Shown: positions 36,646-46,343 of the stretch, piece by piece
How the letters are laid out: each line of letters opens with the position of its first letter
Position numbering within the stretch: position 1 is the first letter of the stretch
Assembly (NCBI GenBank): GCA_002753335.1
Contig: PEAD01000003.1
Location: 62,001-126,000, forward strand
From: Nitrospirae bacterium MYbin3
GTDB lineage: Bacteria > Nitrospirota > Thermodesulfovibrionia > Thermodesulfovibrionales > Dissulfurispiraceae
Direction: 5' to 3'
DNA length: 64,000 bases
The notes under the pieces: model-generated
Databases searched by the model: none
What the model was told of the DNA's origin: nothing
The model's input: only the letters and a program-made list of their open reading frames with translations
Made by a program: the position numbers and the translations under genes

Positions 36646-37718
36646 CAGCAAGTTGTGTCCAGATCTTTTAAAGGAATAGGGTTGGTCGGATGACAATCTA
36701 TCCGGACCGGAACAGTCATTCCGGATAGCGGCTTGATATATTTTTCAATATAGTTCAAGTCTGAGCCGATAAGGCAATCTCGACTTCTCTTTTTAAATGC
36801 AGGAAAGTTTCTCATCCGTTTCCAAATCGTTTCGAGAGGTTCATAACGGACATTCCCGAAAGAAATATAGTTCATTCCACACCCCATTACATCCCCATAG
36901 CAGGAAATACTTAGTTTTTCTCTACCTCCAGGGCATTCCTGCCGCATAGAAAAATTGATGGTCCAATCCGATCGTACATGTGGATTTTGCTGCATATACT
37001 GCTGTACTCTCCTCCACTCTTCAGGGGTCAACAGCACGTCGTGCTCATTAGTCCAGTTTCCAGAAACGCAAGCAAGAGAAAATACTATCCCAATATCATT
37101 TTCTGCTGCATACTGTACCATCTCATCCATTTTTTTCAGTCCATTGTGCATGATTACAGTGCTAAGATAGACTGAGAAACCTTGGCGCTTCGCTTCATCA
37201 ATAGTCTCCATAACCTTATTGAAGTGTCCATCTGCTCCGCGAATTCGGTCATTTGACTGGGAATCGGTACTGTCTAGGCTGAGGTGTATGGTCTCGACGC
37301 CGGCTCGCTTTAGATCAATAAGGTAATCTTTATCCAGATTTAAAGAATTAGTAACGAGAGCGAATATCGTGTTTCTGGGATCCATGACGGCAAGTATGTC
37401 AAAAAGGTCCTTACGAAGGGTAGGTTCTCCTCCAGACAGTATGACCGAAAAAGCACCTAGATGTGATGCTTGTTTCCATATAGTTTCGTACTCTTTGACG
37501 GTCAAATAAGAGTCATTCTGCCTCTTCATACGCGATGCATAGCACATAATACATTTTGAATTGCATTCAGCAAGAAGTGCAAATTCAACAGTCCTTAGTA
37601 CAGGACGATTCAGAATGAGGGTTTTTGCATATCCTGACAATATTTTGGGGATCAGACTAATGCGCCGCTTGATAACTTGTGAGTGATAAATATAGTGCTG
37701 TATTTCCCTGATTATCAT
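36645..37718 (-). CDS. Radical SAM enzyme with SPASM/Twitch-like C-terminus
   Basis: CNSKCIMC, SGGEP, C-terminal CPGG...YGDVMGC...GN. Confidence 0.85.
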   Translation of the reverse strand: MIIREIQHYIYHSQVIKRRISLIPKILSGYAKTLILNRPVLRTVEFALLAECNSKCIMCYASRMKRQNDSYLTVKEYETIWKQASHLGAFSVILSGGEPTLRKDLFDILAVMDPRNTIFALVTNSLNLDKDYLIDLKRAGVETIHLSLDSTDSQSNDRIRGADGHFNKVMETIDEAKRQGFSVYLSTVIMHNGLKKMDEMVQYAAENDIGIVFSLACVSGNWTNEHDVLLTPEEWRRVQQYMQQNPHVRSDWTINFSMRQECPGGREKLSISCYGDVMGCGMNYISFGNVRYEPLETIWKRMRNFPAFKKRSRDCLIGSDLNYIEKYIKPLSGMTVPVRIDCHPTNPIPLKDLDTTC

Positions 37719-39316
37719 CGCAATCCTAAAGTGTTTCGAATGATTTGAACAGCATTCCTTGCTTTATGATAGGCGATCATCACCCAGTAAGGGAATGTGC
37801 TGTAATCTCCGAAGCGAGCCTGGTTAAAGGCTCGTCGCATAAGCATTAGTTTGTAAAGCAACGACTTCAACCAAGGTGCAGATACATCTTCTCTTCCCTT
37901 GATTAATTTTTTTAGATAACGCATGACGCAGGAAGGCGGCTTTATGATAGCGAAAACGCTAACAAGGTTGTTTAATAAAATAGGCTTGTATGAAAACATG
38001 TATTCTTTTTCCATGTGCTGCTCAATCAGGGAATAATCAGTTGCATCATCGCTTAAGGCAGTTCCGGGCATAAACTGTAAAGAAAATAAACTGATTGTAA
38101 ACGGCGCGGGTGTCTGGTGAAGGAAATCCAATGTCTGATAAAGTTGCTTATGTGTTTCAAATGGATTGTCAACTATCATTTCATATGAGGGGGCAACCAT
38201 TTTATCGCCAAAATGTGCCAGTACCTCCGTTGCCCTCCTGAGTTGCTTGGTCGTAACGGGTCGCTTGAAAAGTTTTAGTATATCATCACAACCCGATTCA
38301 AACCCCATTTTTATACGTACCAACCCTCCTTCTAACAGAACCCTAATCTTGTCCTCTTGAATGGATGCAGGATTTGTCCCGCTTAGTATGAACTTGATCC
38401 CAATCTCGTCTCTGAATTTCCTGGAGAACGTGGTCAGCGTAGTAAGATCCCGTCCAAGAAAGTTGCTGTCATAAAAGATCACATAATCCAACGGATACCT
38501 TAGTTGTGCTGCTTTAATCTCAGCAATGACATAATCAGGTGATGGACCACGGTAGTACGCATATGCGTGATCTAGATCTATAAATTTAGACTGTGAGCAG
38601 AAGGCGCAGCGATATGGGCAACCTACAGACCATATGGTATTGTAGGTTGTACCGACATGTCGGATCAATGTGGTTGGTGTTAATGGAATGAGTTGCCCAT
38701 CTGAAAAACTGAAGATAAAGTGCCCTTCAGTATCATAGTCCATAAAAGGCATTTGCTCCATTTCAGCAGGAGTCATAATGGGAACTCGTGGGTTTTTGAT
38801 GATTTGTTCATTTTCTCGTACCCACGTATTTGCCAGACCGCTAAACTGCGTATTGTATTGAACACGCTCAAGAAACTCTACGAAGGTTCTCTCTCCTTCG
38901 CCGAGGCATATGACGTCTGAGAACTCGATAGCATCCTCAGGGAAAATCGTGGGGTGATAACCTCCGATAATAATCTTGACCGTAGGCCTGAGCTTTTTCA
39001 CTTCCATGCATATAGTTCGGGCAATATTCCTCTGGACGCTCATAAGTGAAAACGCCAGTACATCCGCTTCGGCCAAAATCTCGGCTAGCCTGATTAAAGC
39101 ATAATCATTTCTGACATAATTGACATTGAAGTTGTCTCCAGTTTTCTGCTTCCACCAACTCCCGGCAAGTGAGGCACGATTTGCATCATCCAGAAAATAA
39201 ACAGACCGAACATTGTAGCCCGCTTTTTTTGCATTGGCTATAATTCGTCGAAACCCAATGGCAACCAAATTTCTGTCCATGCTCAAAGCATATATTTTCA
39301 ATGGACTAGATTGCAT
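37715..39316 (-). CDS. B12-binding radical SAM enzyme
   Basis: GGYHPT, GEGE, GCPYRCAFC, GFESG. Confidence 0.85.
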   Translation of the reverse strand: MQSSPLKIYALSMDRNLVAIGFRRIIANAKKAGYNVRSVYFLDDANRASLAGSWWKQKTGDNFNVNYVRNDYALIRLAEILAEADVLAFSLMSVQRNIARTICMEVKKLRPTVKIIIGGYHPTIFPEDAIEFSDVICLGEGERTFVEFLERVQYNTQFSGLANTWVRENEQIIKNPRVPIMTPAEMEQMPFMDYDTEGHFIFSFSDGQLIPLTPTTLIRHVGTTYNTIWSVGCPYRCAFCSQSKFIDLDHAYAYYRGPSPDYVIAEIKAAQLRYPLDYVIFYDSNFLGRDLTTLTTFSRKFRDEIGIKFILSGTNPASIQEDKIRVLLEGGLVRIKMGFESGCDDILKLFKRPVTTKQLRRATEVLAHFGDKMVAPSYEMIVDNPFETHKQLYQTLDFLHQTPAPFTISLFSLQFMPGTALSDDATDYSLIEQHMEKEYMFSYKPILLNNLVSVFAIIKPPSCVMRYLKKLIKGREDVSAPWLKSLLYKLMLMRRAFNQARFGDYSTFPYWVMIAYHKARNAVQIIRNTLGLR

Positions 39317-39320
39317 TGCT

Positions 39321-40382
39321 TCATCCCCTTCGGAAAAGAAACTTCAGGCTGTTTATTACTGTTTTTAGTTGAAAACTAAAAAGGTTATTAAATTCAGTTG
39401 ATCCTGCACAATAATGGCAGGGCAGATATTTTAGCCGTTCCCATGCTCCTCGCACTCCATGTTCCACTATGGAATAGGAAAAATCTTTACGCCCGAATTG
39501 AATAGCGCAGGGGTGCAGCATGCCTGAGGAGTCCAGCCAGCAGACGAGGTTTCCCATGATACATTTCGGATAGTATTTTTTCTGTACCTCGTCATCCGAT
39601 CGGATATAACTGTTATAGGCATGTTTTTCTGTCCATGAAATGATGTCACGCAACCCCTGTTCAGAATTGTTAGTCGGCATTCCTAGATGCTTTTGTTCCA
39701 GTATAGTTTGATACAATGCATGTACCTGCTCATTTGTAGCAAGGTTCTTGTCTATTGCAAAGCCCGTGGTGGCAGGGATGCAAAAGTTAAGATAGGTCTT
39801 ATATATATTCGCAAGATTTGTTAGAGGATTAAGCGTGTTTTCTACTGTTGCCAATCTTGTCAATACCGTGTGGAGATGGAAAGGAATACGGTGTTTGTCG
39901 CAGAGCTTCATCGCCTCTATTAGTGCCTCATAGACCCCTCTGCCGCGATTTGCCTCGGTAACTTCAGAATTCCCGTCAATGCTCAACTGTACTTGATCAA
40001 CTTGCCGGAGTGCTTCAAGATGTTGCCGGAGGTACATCCCGTTTGTAGTAATAGAACAATATGCGTTTTTTGCCTTAATATAGGTGATAATTTCGTCGAT
40101 ATGAGGGTGCAGTAAAGGCTCGCCGCCTTGCAGCATGAATACTCTTGTGCCAAGAGCGTGAAACTCATTTATGATGCTAAACAACTCTTGCACAGGCACA
40201 TCCGTGGCATGGCGGTTATCTTCATATGAATAGCAGTAAATACAGCGTAAATTGCATCTACTGGTAACGCTAAGTGATAGTACTACAGGGGTCCTTTCAC
40301 CAGTAAATTTATAACGTAGGGTGTTTATTGCAATGCTCAATAAAGTAGTATACATATCGCCATGGGGCAAAACTAGCTGCAT
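39321..40382 (-). CDS. Radical SAM enzyme with SPASM/Twitch-like C-terminus
   Basis: CNLRCIYC, GGEPLL, C...G.LHPC...CHYC; true start may be 40355. Confidence 0.85.
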   Translation of the reverse strand: MQLVLPHGDMYTTLLSIAINTLRYKFTGERTPVVLSLSVTSRCNLRCIYCYSYEDNRHATDVPVQELFSIINEFHALGTRVFMLQGGEPLLHPHIDEIITYIKAKNAYCSITTNGMYLRQHLEALRQVDQVQLSIDGNSEVTEANRGRGVYEALIEAMKLCDKHRIPFHLHTVLTRLATVENTLNPLTNLANIYKTYLNFCIPATTGFAIDKNLATNEQVHALYQTILEQKHLGMPTNNSEQGLRDIISWTEKHAYNSYIRSDDEVQKKYYPKCIMGNLVCWLDSSGMLHPCAIQFGRKDFSYSIVEHGVRGAWERLKYLPCHYCAGSTEFNNLFSFQLKTVINSLKFLFRRG

Positions 40383-41254
40383 TCTATTTTTTTAAATAGC
40401 ATTAACATTTCGCCTGTGTTGATTTTAAAATGATTCGCCCTCCAACGCTGAGGCAACCACTGTATGAACTGTACTATGGCGCGCGCTAACATATTTCGAT
40501 GATACCCATTAATGATATTAGAAATATAGTTGAGGGTTAGGGTTTTATAAGGGGTAGTGACAGTAAGAAGCTTAAAGTGAGATGAGCACATTTTCAATAG
40601 ATTAAATCTGTTGAAGTAATGAAGATGTTCGATTTTGTAATGCGGCCAGTATTTACCTAATAACCGGCATGTAAACGACGAGGTATCTGGTGTGACTATC
40701 AACATTAGGCCATTAGATTTAAGCATTTTGCTGAGCATAGCAATAAATTCTGGAGGGTCTGTCAAGTGCTCAAGGACGTCGGAAAGTGTTATAACATCAA
40801 AAAAACCGGCAGGGAAATCATCGTATTCTATGTTTTTTCCTTTGATTTTATGTTCCCCGAATAATTTTCTGCACAAGCTAACCCCTCGGGGAGAGACCTC
40901 AACGCCATATACATCAAACCCCATCTCTCGTGCAAGTGCCAACATCTCTCCAGTAGCGCATCCAACATCCAGAAAAGCACCGCGTTCTGCCGGTAGTTTA
41001 AGATAGTTTAAATAGCTACTGAAAGTTTTTTTTTTCATAGCCGATATTTCTTTATCTAATTGGTCTATTCCCCATACAGAATAATAATCTTCGTAGATTT
41101 TATTTAGGCTTTCCCTATCGGGCAAGGGCGAAAGAAACTGCAATGAGCAAAGACTGCAACTCAGTAACGACGATTTCCCGATAGGAAACAGTGCATTTAA
41201 ATCCATGCTCCCGCAAATACAGCATTTGACGAATTTTAAGTCTGTATTGGGCAT
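40373..41254 (-). CDS. Class I SAM methyltransferase with N-terminal Zn ribbon
   Basis: CCIC...CSLC, LDVGCATG, DVLEH, HLHYF. Confidence 0.88.
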   Translation of the reverse strand: MPNTDLKFVKCCICGSMDLNALFPIGKSSLLSCSLCSLQFLSPLPDRESLNKIYEDYYSVWGIDQLDKEISAMKKKTFSSYLNYLKLPAERGAFLDVGCATGEMLALAREMGFDVYGVEVSPRGVSLCRKLFGEHKIKGKNIEYDDFPAGFFDVITLSDVLEHLTDPPEFIAMLSKMLKSNGLMLIVTPDTSSFTCRLLGKYWPHYKIEHLHYFNRFNLLKMCSSHFKLLTVTTPYKTLTLNYISNIINGYHRNMLARAIVQFIQWLPQRWRANHFKINTGEMLMLFKKIECS

Positions 41255-41379
41255 TGAAATATCTTGAAAAAGTAATTAGTACAAGTTAAAAAGTTGTGCT
41301 TGTTTAGTATAAAAATATGCTTTTACCTTGTCGTGATGAGGCCAAATATATTTTATCGTATAATATTTTATCATATCTT

Positions 41380-41539
41380 GATGGAATTTGTAGAAACCTT
41401 CTAGGGTACTATCAAGGATGAGTTCTATATTGTGGTGTTCAGAAAAAACTGTACAGTACGCTTGAAGAGTTGCAGAGATACCTTAATCTGTGGTTGAATG
41501 AGTATTAACGAGGAACGAACCCACACAGGCAAATACTGC
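41380..41539 (+). mobile_element. Frameshifted IS481-family (integrase core) transposase remnant
   Basis: Across frameshifts it reads DGIC...TIKDEFYIVVFRK/LYSTLEELQRYLNLWLNEY/NEERTHTGKYC, resembling IS481 transposase C-termini. Confidence 0.72.
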
Positions 41540-41577
41540 TTAAGTCTTGGCGATTATAAATTAATGGTGATTATTTC

Positions 41578-43182
41578 ATGATTAATAAATGGCTGTTATT
41601 CTGGTCTGTCGTGATTATTGTTTTTGTCTGTTTTGCACCTGACTTGCGCAATCAATTACTTGACTGGGATGATAACGGCTATATTTATAATAATGAATAC
41701 ATAAGGTCGTTATCTTTTGAAACGGTCGTATGGGCTTTTACAGAGTTTTACTGCAATTACTGGGCGCCTCTTACATGGCTATCATTCTCTTTAGATTATG
41801 CTGTTTGGGGTATTAATCCTGTCGGATATCATTTGACAAACAACCTAATCCATGCCTTTAACGCGGGGTTGTTTTTCCTTATTGCATTTAATTTGCTAAG
41901 ACGATATGCGGTAGAGTATGGGGATTCTAGTGCTGGTAATCACACCTCTATGCTTTATTGCGCGGTCCTAGCAGCGCTTTTTTTTGGAATACATCCTTTA
42001 CGGGTAGAGTCTGTAGCTTGGGCCACAGAACGAAAAGATGTATTGAGTATGTTTTTCGGTCTGGGGGCTGTGCTTGTATATTTAAAATACACGAAATATG
42101 CGGATGCAATGCCCGGAGCTCGAAATCTCGGATTTTTATGTCGATCCACACATTATTGGGTCTTGCTGGTACTGTATGTATTGTCGCTGATGAGCAAGGC
42201 TATTTTGATAACGTTGCCGCTTGTTCTTCTTGTTCTTGACTGGTTTCCACTTAAACGCTTTAATCAGAAGAATAGTAAGCTTATATTTTTTGAAAAAATA
42301 CCCTTGGTTTTGATTGCCGTATTCATATCTAATGTTACGCTGCGTGCAATTGCAATAGAAAGCAAGACACTCTCTGAAATCAATATTCAAACACGCTTGT
42401 TGATAGCCTTTAAATCAGTAATCACTTATCTAGGCTTGATGCTTGTGCCGACGGATATAAGTCCTGTTTATTACCATCCGGGAAATGTAACAATAGGCTT
42501 TGATTATATTTTGTCAATTCTAATAGTTGTTTTGATATCATTTTATTGCGTATTGATTATGAGAAGGAGGCCGGTTTTTCTGGCGGTTTGGCTTGTTTTT
42601 TTGTTGACACTTAGCCCGATGCTTGGTCTTACGCAAAGTGGTCAACAGGAAATGGCGGCTAGATTTGCATATATCCCTTCGCTATCAATTTCTCTCTTGG
42701 CTGCATTGGGCGCCTTTGCTGTTCATTCAAGGGTTTCCGTTTTTAGCAAAATAAAATTACTTGTTCCAGTTTGTGTATTATTTGTATTGGCAACCCTTGC
42801 TTTTTTAACGGTTCGAGATATTGGGTTTTGGAAGAATGATATTGCTCTTTGGAGCAGGGTTATCGAACTTCAGCCACATATGTTTGGAAAGGCTTATTTT
42901 CAGAGGTCTCTTTTTTTGAATCTGGAAGGGGAATATCAAAAGGCATTGTCTGATGTTGATGAAGCACTCACTATAGCATTGCGGAAAAATTATGGCGGCA
43001 TACATGAGATATATGCACATCGTGCTAGAATATTTAAAAATATGAAAGACTATGATTCAGCAGTTGCTGATTTTGACAGGGCAATAGAATTATCTGGCCC
43101 CCCGTACAGTACCATATATAATGACGAGCGTGAAGCTCTAGAGCGCTTTGTTAAGGAAGCAGATTTGGCAAGTAAAAAATAA
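41578..43182 (+). CDS. TMTC-like GT-C membrane glycosyltransferase with C-terminal TPRs
   Basis: WDD motif, W.PLTWLS, HPLRVESVAWATERKDVL, multiple TM segments, TPR tail. Confidence 0.82.
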   Translation: MINKWLLFWSVVIIVFVCFAPDLRNQLLDWDDNGYIYNNEYIRSLSFETVVWAFTEFYCNYWAPLTWLSFSLDYAVWGINPVGYHLTNNLIHAFNAGLFFLIAFNLLRRYAVEYGDSSAGNHTSMLYCAVLAALFFGIHPLRVESVAWATERKDVLSMFFGLGAVLVYLKYTKYADAMPGARNLGFLCRSTHYWVLLVLYVLSLMSKAILITLPLVLLVLDWFPLKRFNQKNSKLIFFEKIPLVLIAVFISNVTLRAIAIESKTLSEINIQTRLLIAFKSVITYLGLMLVPTDISPVYYHPGNVTIGFDYILSILIVVLISFYCVLIMRRRPVFLAVWLVFLLTLSPMLGLTQSGQQEMAARFAYIPSLSISLLAALGAFAVHSRVSVFSKIKLLVPVCVLFVLATLAFLTVRDIGFWKNDIALWSRVIELQPHMFGKAYFQRSLFLNLEGEYQKALSDVDEALTIALRKNYGGIHEIYAHRARIFKNMKDYDSAVADFDRAIELSGPPYSTIYNDEREALERFVKEADLASKK

Positions 43183-43221
43183 GTAAATCAAGGCGCTTGT
43201 CCTATCGGATAGGGTAGTTTT

Positions 43222-43932
43222 TCATGTCTGGCGAACTAGGTGTCTTATAACATTTAGCAAGTACTTTACCCATACTTTAGAGACAATTACCTTTGATTTG
43301 CCACCCTTTCGCCTATATTCGTGGCTAGGAACATTTGCAACCCGATAACCGCAGGTTAACGCTTTCATGACCATTTCTTGTTCTATTGTGGTGCTGTTTT
43401 CAACCATATTTAGAGCAAGTCCTGCATCTCTAACTACAGCACGATACCCGTTTTGTGTGTCGCTCAATCTCACATTCCATCTATAGTTGATGGTTAAATT
43501 GATAAGCATACTGCCGGTCAGCCGGATTAATTCGGCTGCATCATAAAAGAGCTCATCACTGCCGCCTGTCATTCTCGACCCGATTACAATATCCGCTTGG
43601 TTTTGTCGTATCGGTGCCAGCAGTTTGGGGATGTCTGATGCTTCATGGGAACCGTCAGCATCAATGAATACTACGATAGGATTTGAGGCAATCTGCAATC
43701 CAAGACGAATTGCTGAACCTTTTCCCATGCCATTGTCTGTGACAACTTTTACTCCGGCCTCGTTTGCAATAAGCTTGGTGCGATCTTCAGATTTGCCATC
43801 TATTACAATAAGTTCATCGGCATATGGTTTTACCTGTTCCAATACTTCGGCAATTGTTTCTTCTTCGTCCAGAGTAGGCACAATGACGGTTACTTTCCAG
43901 TTGATTCGTGAGTCTTTTACTGTTAGATCCAT
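43222..43932 (-). CDS. GT2 polyprenol-phosphate glycosyltransferase (Dpm1-like)
   Basis: VPTLDEE, IDG.S.D.T, GKG, DADGSH, GSR, DTQNGYRA. Confidence 0.88.
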   Translation of the reverse strand: MDLTVKDSRINWKVTVIVPTLDEEETIAEVLEQVKPYADELIVIDGKSEDRTKLIANEAGVKVVTDNGMGKGSAIRLGLQIASNPIVVFIDADGSHEASDIPKLLAPIRQNQADIVIGSRMTGGSDELFYDAAELIRLTGSMLINLTINYRWNVRLSDTQNGYRAVVRDAGLALNMVENSTTIEQEMVMKALTCGYRVANVPSHEYRRKGGKSKVIVSKVWVKYLLNVIRHLVRQT

Positions 43933-45344
43933 CTTAAAAAACCTGGAATTTTGGAAATGAACGCAAACAGGTCTGAAGGTTGACTTATGTTATTTATCAA
44001 GGTGTTTATCACTTTTTTGGGGCTCAGGTACCACTTTAGCATCAGTTGCCGGCGAATCTTCATTATTTCTTTTGCTTTTATTTGGGGATAATTAAGTACA
44101 GATATATTATGTTCGAACTGTCTCCAGTCGGTTGTTGTAAGCCAGTTATTGTTAATGGCATCTGTATAAAGCTGTGTTCCTGGATAAGGTATAGCACAGT
44201 AATACTGCACAAAATCTAAGGCGAGGGATTTAACGAATTGCTCGGTATTTGATATTGTTTCCCGTGTTTCATTTGGAAATCCAATGATAACATGTCCTGT
44301 TACTTGTAAACCAGCATTCTTTGCGATTGATACGGCATGTCTAATCTGATCAAGAGTGATTTTCTTGTTTATCATGTTGAGGATACTTTGATTCCCTGAT
44401 TCTATGCCGAAAGCTATATTCCAACACCCTGCACGTCTTATGGCTGTCATTGTTTCGGGATCAACAGCATCAACTCGACTATTGCAGACCCATTTAATTG
44501 ACAGCCCAGCATTGATAATTGCATGGCATAGTTCAAGAACAAATTTTTTGTCGAGTATAAATTCTTCGGCCCAAAACATAAAATTGGTGATTCCAAAAAG
44601 TTCGACGTTATTTTTTAACTCCTGAATGATGGTTGCGACGCTACGACGGCGGGGTGTGCGGCCATAATAGACATAGGCATTGCAGAAAGTACAGCGATAA
44701 GGACAGCCTCGGTTGGTATTGACGAGGAGAAATTTCTCATTGTTTAGAGGTAGTCTGTAGTTCCCTGTGTCGATGAAAGACCAGTCTGGCATAGGCAGAT
44801 TGTCCATGTTGATAATCGGTTCACGGGCGGTCGTAACAACAAGCTTTTCGGAGTTGTCAAGAAATGCTATGCCAGCCACTGAATTTAAATTGCTCTTCAG
44901 TTTAATGCTTGCTGCAAGGTCTAGCGCGGTGTATTCAGGTTCGCCAATTATGCAGAAGTCTACACAGTTCTCTGTTAGCAAGGTTGGATATTGGCATGAT
45001 GGATGTATTCCAAATAGTACTATTATTGCTGAATGATTGTTTTGTTTTTTTATGCATTTTGCTGCATAAATGTCATCGTCAATGGTTGGAGTAGAGGTGT
45101 TTATATACACTATATCTGGAGCTATTAGCGCAATTGATGCAAGCATTTCTGAAAAAGAGGTTCCTGATGCAGGACAATCTTTAATTGTAACTATATGGCC
45201 GTTATTACGCAACAATGTGCCCATAGTAACTATGGTGATCGGCGACATGATATATCCCCAAGCGCCTTTGCGCTGCATGCAACGACCTTCTTTCACCATG
45301 ATTATATTGTCGCGCTGCGGTGGATTAAGAATTAGTATGTTCAT
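43923..45344 (-). CDS. B12-binding radical SAM enzyme (HpnJ/BchE-like)
   Basis: LNPP, GEPE, RGCPYRCTFC, FGIESG, PYPGT. Confidence 0.87.
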   Translation of the reverse strand: MNILILNPPQRDNIIMVKEGRCMQRKGAWGYIMSPITIVTMGTLLRNNGHIVTIKDCPASGTSFSEMLASIALIAPDIVYINTSTPTIDDDIYAAKCIKKQNNHSAIIVLFGIHPSCQYPTLLTENCVDFCIIGEPEYTALDLAASIKLKSNLNSVAGIAFLDNSEKLVVTTAREPIINMDNLPMPDWSFIDTGNYRLPLNNEKFLLVNTNRGCPYRCTFCNAYVYYGRTPRRRSVATIIQELKNNVELFGITNFMFWAEEFILDKKFVLELCHAIINAGLSIKWVCNSRVDAVDPETMTAIRRAGCWNIAFGIESGNQSILNMINKKITLDQIRHAVSIAKNAGLQVTGHVIIGFPNETRETISNTEQFVKSLALDFVQYYCAIPYPGTQLYTDAINNNWLTTTDWRQFEHNISVLNYPQIKAKEIMKIRRQLMLKWYLSPKKVINTLINNISQPSDLFAFISKIPGFLRWI

Positions 45345-45537
45345 TTTAACTTGGAATTGTATATGACTTTAATAAGTGGTAGTTTTTTGCTCTTTAAGTT
45401 TTGCTTTTTTCTGCAAGAAATCTTTCTTGTATATTGTGCTATTTTTTCGCTTTTGAACATATTTTAGTATAATATCCTATCATATTTTAATTGGTTTGTA
45501 GCCACAGTTTTATCTGAACGTATCATAAATTTTAAAT

Positions 45538-46311
45538 ATGAAGTATCTAAGAAACTATCTTATTTCTAGAATGCTGTATTTGTTGCGCAAACATAGCTTT
45601 GAGTCTCCTTTGTTGGACGTTGGGTGTGGCCCAGGCTATTATTTACGACCGCTTAGTAGCTTATATAATGCAACCGGAATAGATATTTCTGAATACGCAA
45701 TTGAATTGTGTGTTTCTGAGGGCTTGGAATGCAAATGTATATCCTTTTATGATGTTGAAGAGTCATATAATTCTATAGTATGTATAGATGTTCTGGAGCA
45801 TTTGCAAGCTGACATAAATTTTCTGGAGAAAATGTATGTCAGCTTGTCTCCAAAGGGCAAGATATTTATCGTGGTGCCTTCGGGACCTTTAAAGAAAGAC
45901 GATGTTTTTTTTGGCCATTATCGAAGATATGAAAGGAAGGAGATAATTGACAAAGTCCTCTCTTGTGGATTTAAGGTTTTGTATACTGAGTCTTTTGGTT
46001 ATCCTTTGTTGTATTACGCTAGGCTAATTTTTCTTGCACTGCATAATGGGAAAGCTGAGGAATATGGCTTGAGAAATAATGAAGACCGTTCATGCAGCAG
46101 TTCCTATAAACATTATGCAGACGACACTATCTTAGGGAAACTGTTTTGTAATCTGGCTAATGTATCAATCCTGAATTATGTGTTAAATCTTATATTGTCT
46201 GTTCAGCATTTATTTGCTTTTCAGAATAAGGGATTTGCCCAAATTGTAATTGCTGAGAAACCGGTGGAAGTTTTTAAAGGCGGCTTTAGCTATAAAAATT
46301 GTGATATGTAG
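45538..46311 (+). CDS. Class I SAM-dependent methyltransferase
   Basis: LLDVGCGPG, DVLEH, GHYRRY. Confidence 0.85.
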   Translation: MKYLRNYLISRMLYLLRKHSFESPLLDVGCGPGYYLRPLSSLYNATGIDISEYAIELCVSEGLECKCISFYDVEESYNSIVCIDVLEHLQADINFLEKMYVSLSPKGKIFIVVPSGPLKKDDVFFGHYRRYERKEIIDKVLSCGFKVLYTESFGYPLLYYARLIFLALHNGKAEEYGLRNNEDRSCSSSYKHYADDTILGKLFCNLANVSILNYVLNLILSVQHLFAFQNKGFAQIVIAEKPVEVFKGGFSYKNCDM

Positions 46312-46343
46312 AACGATAGATAATATTGTTTCAAAACTCGCTT

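Noticed and set aside
35140..45344. RiPP cluster interpretation of the radical SAM enzymes
   Set aside because: No precursor peptide, RRE/PqqD domain, peptidase or transporter found; the neighbours are glycosyltransferases.
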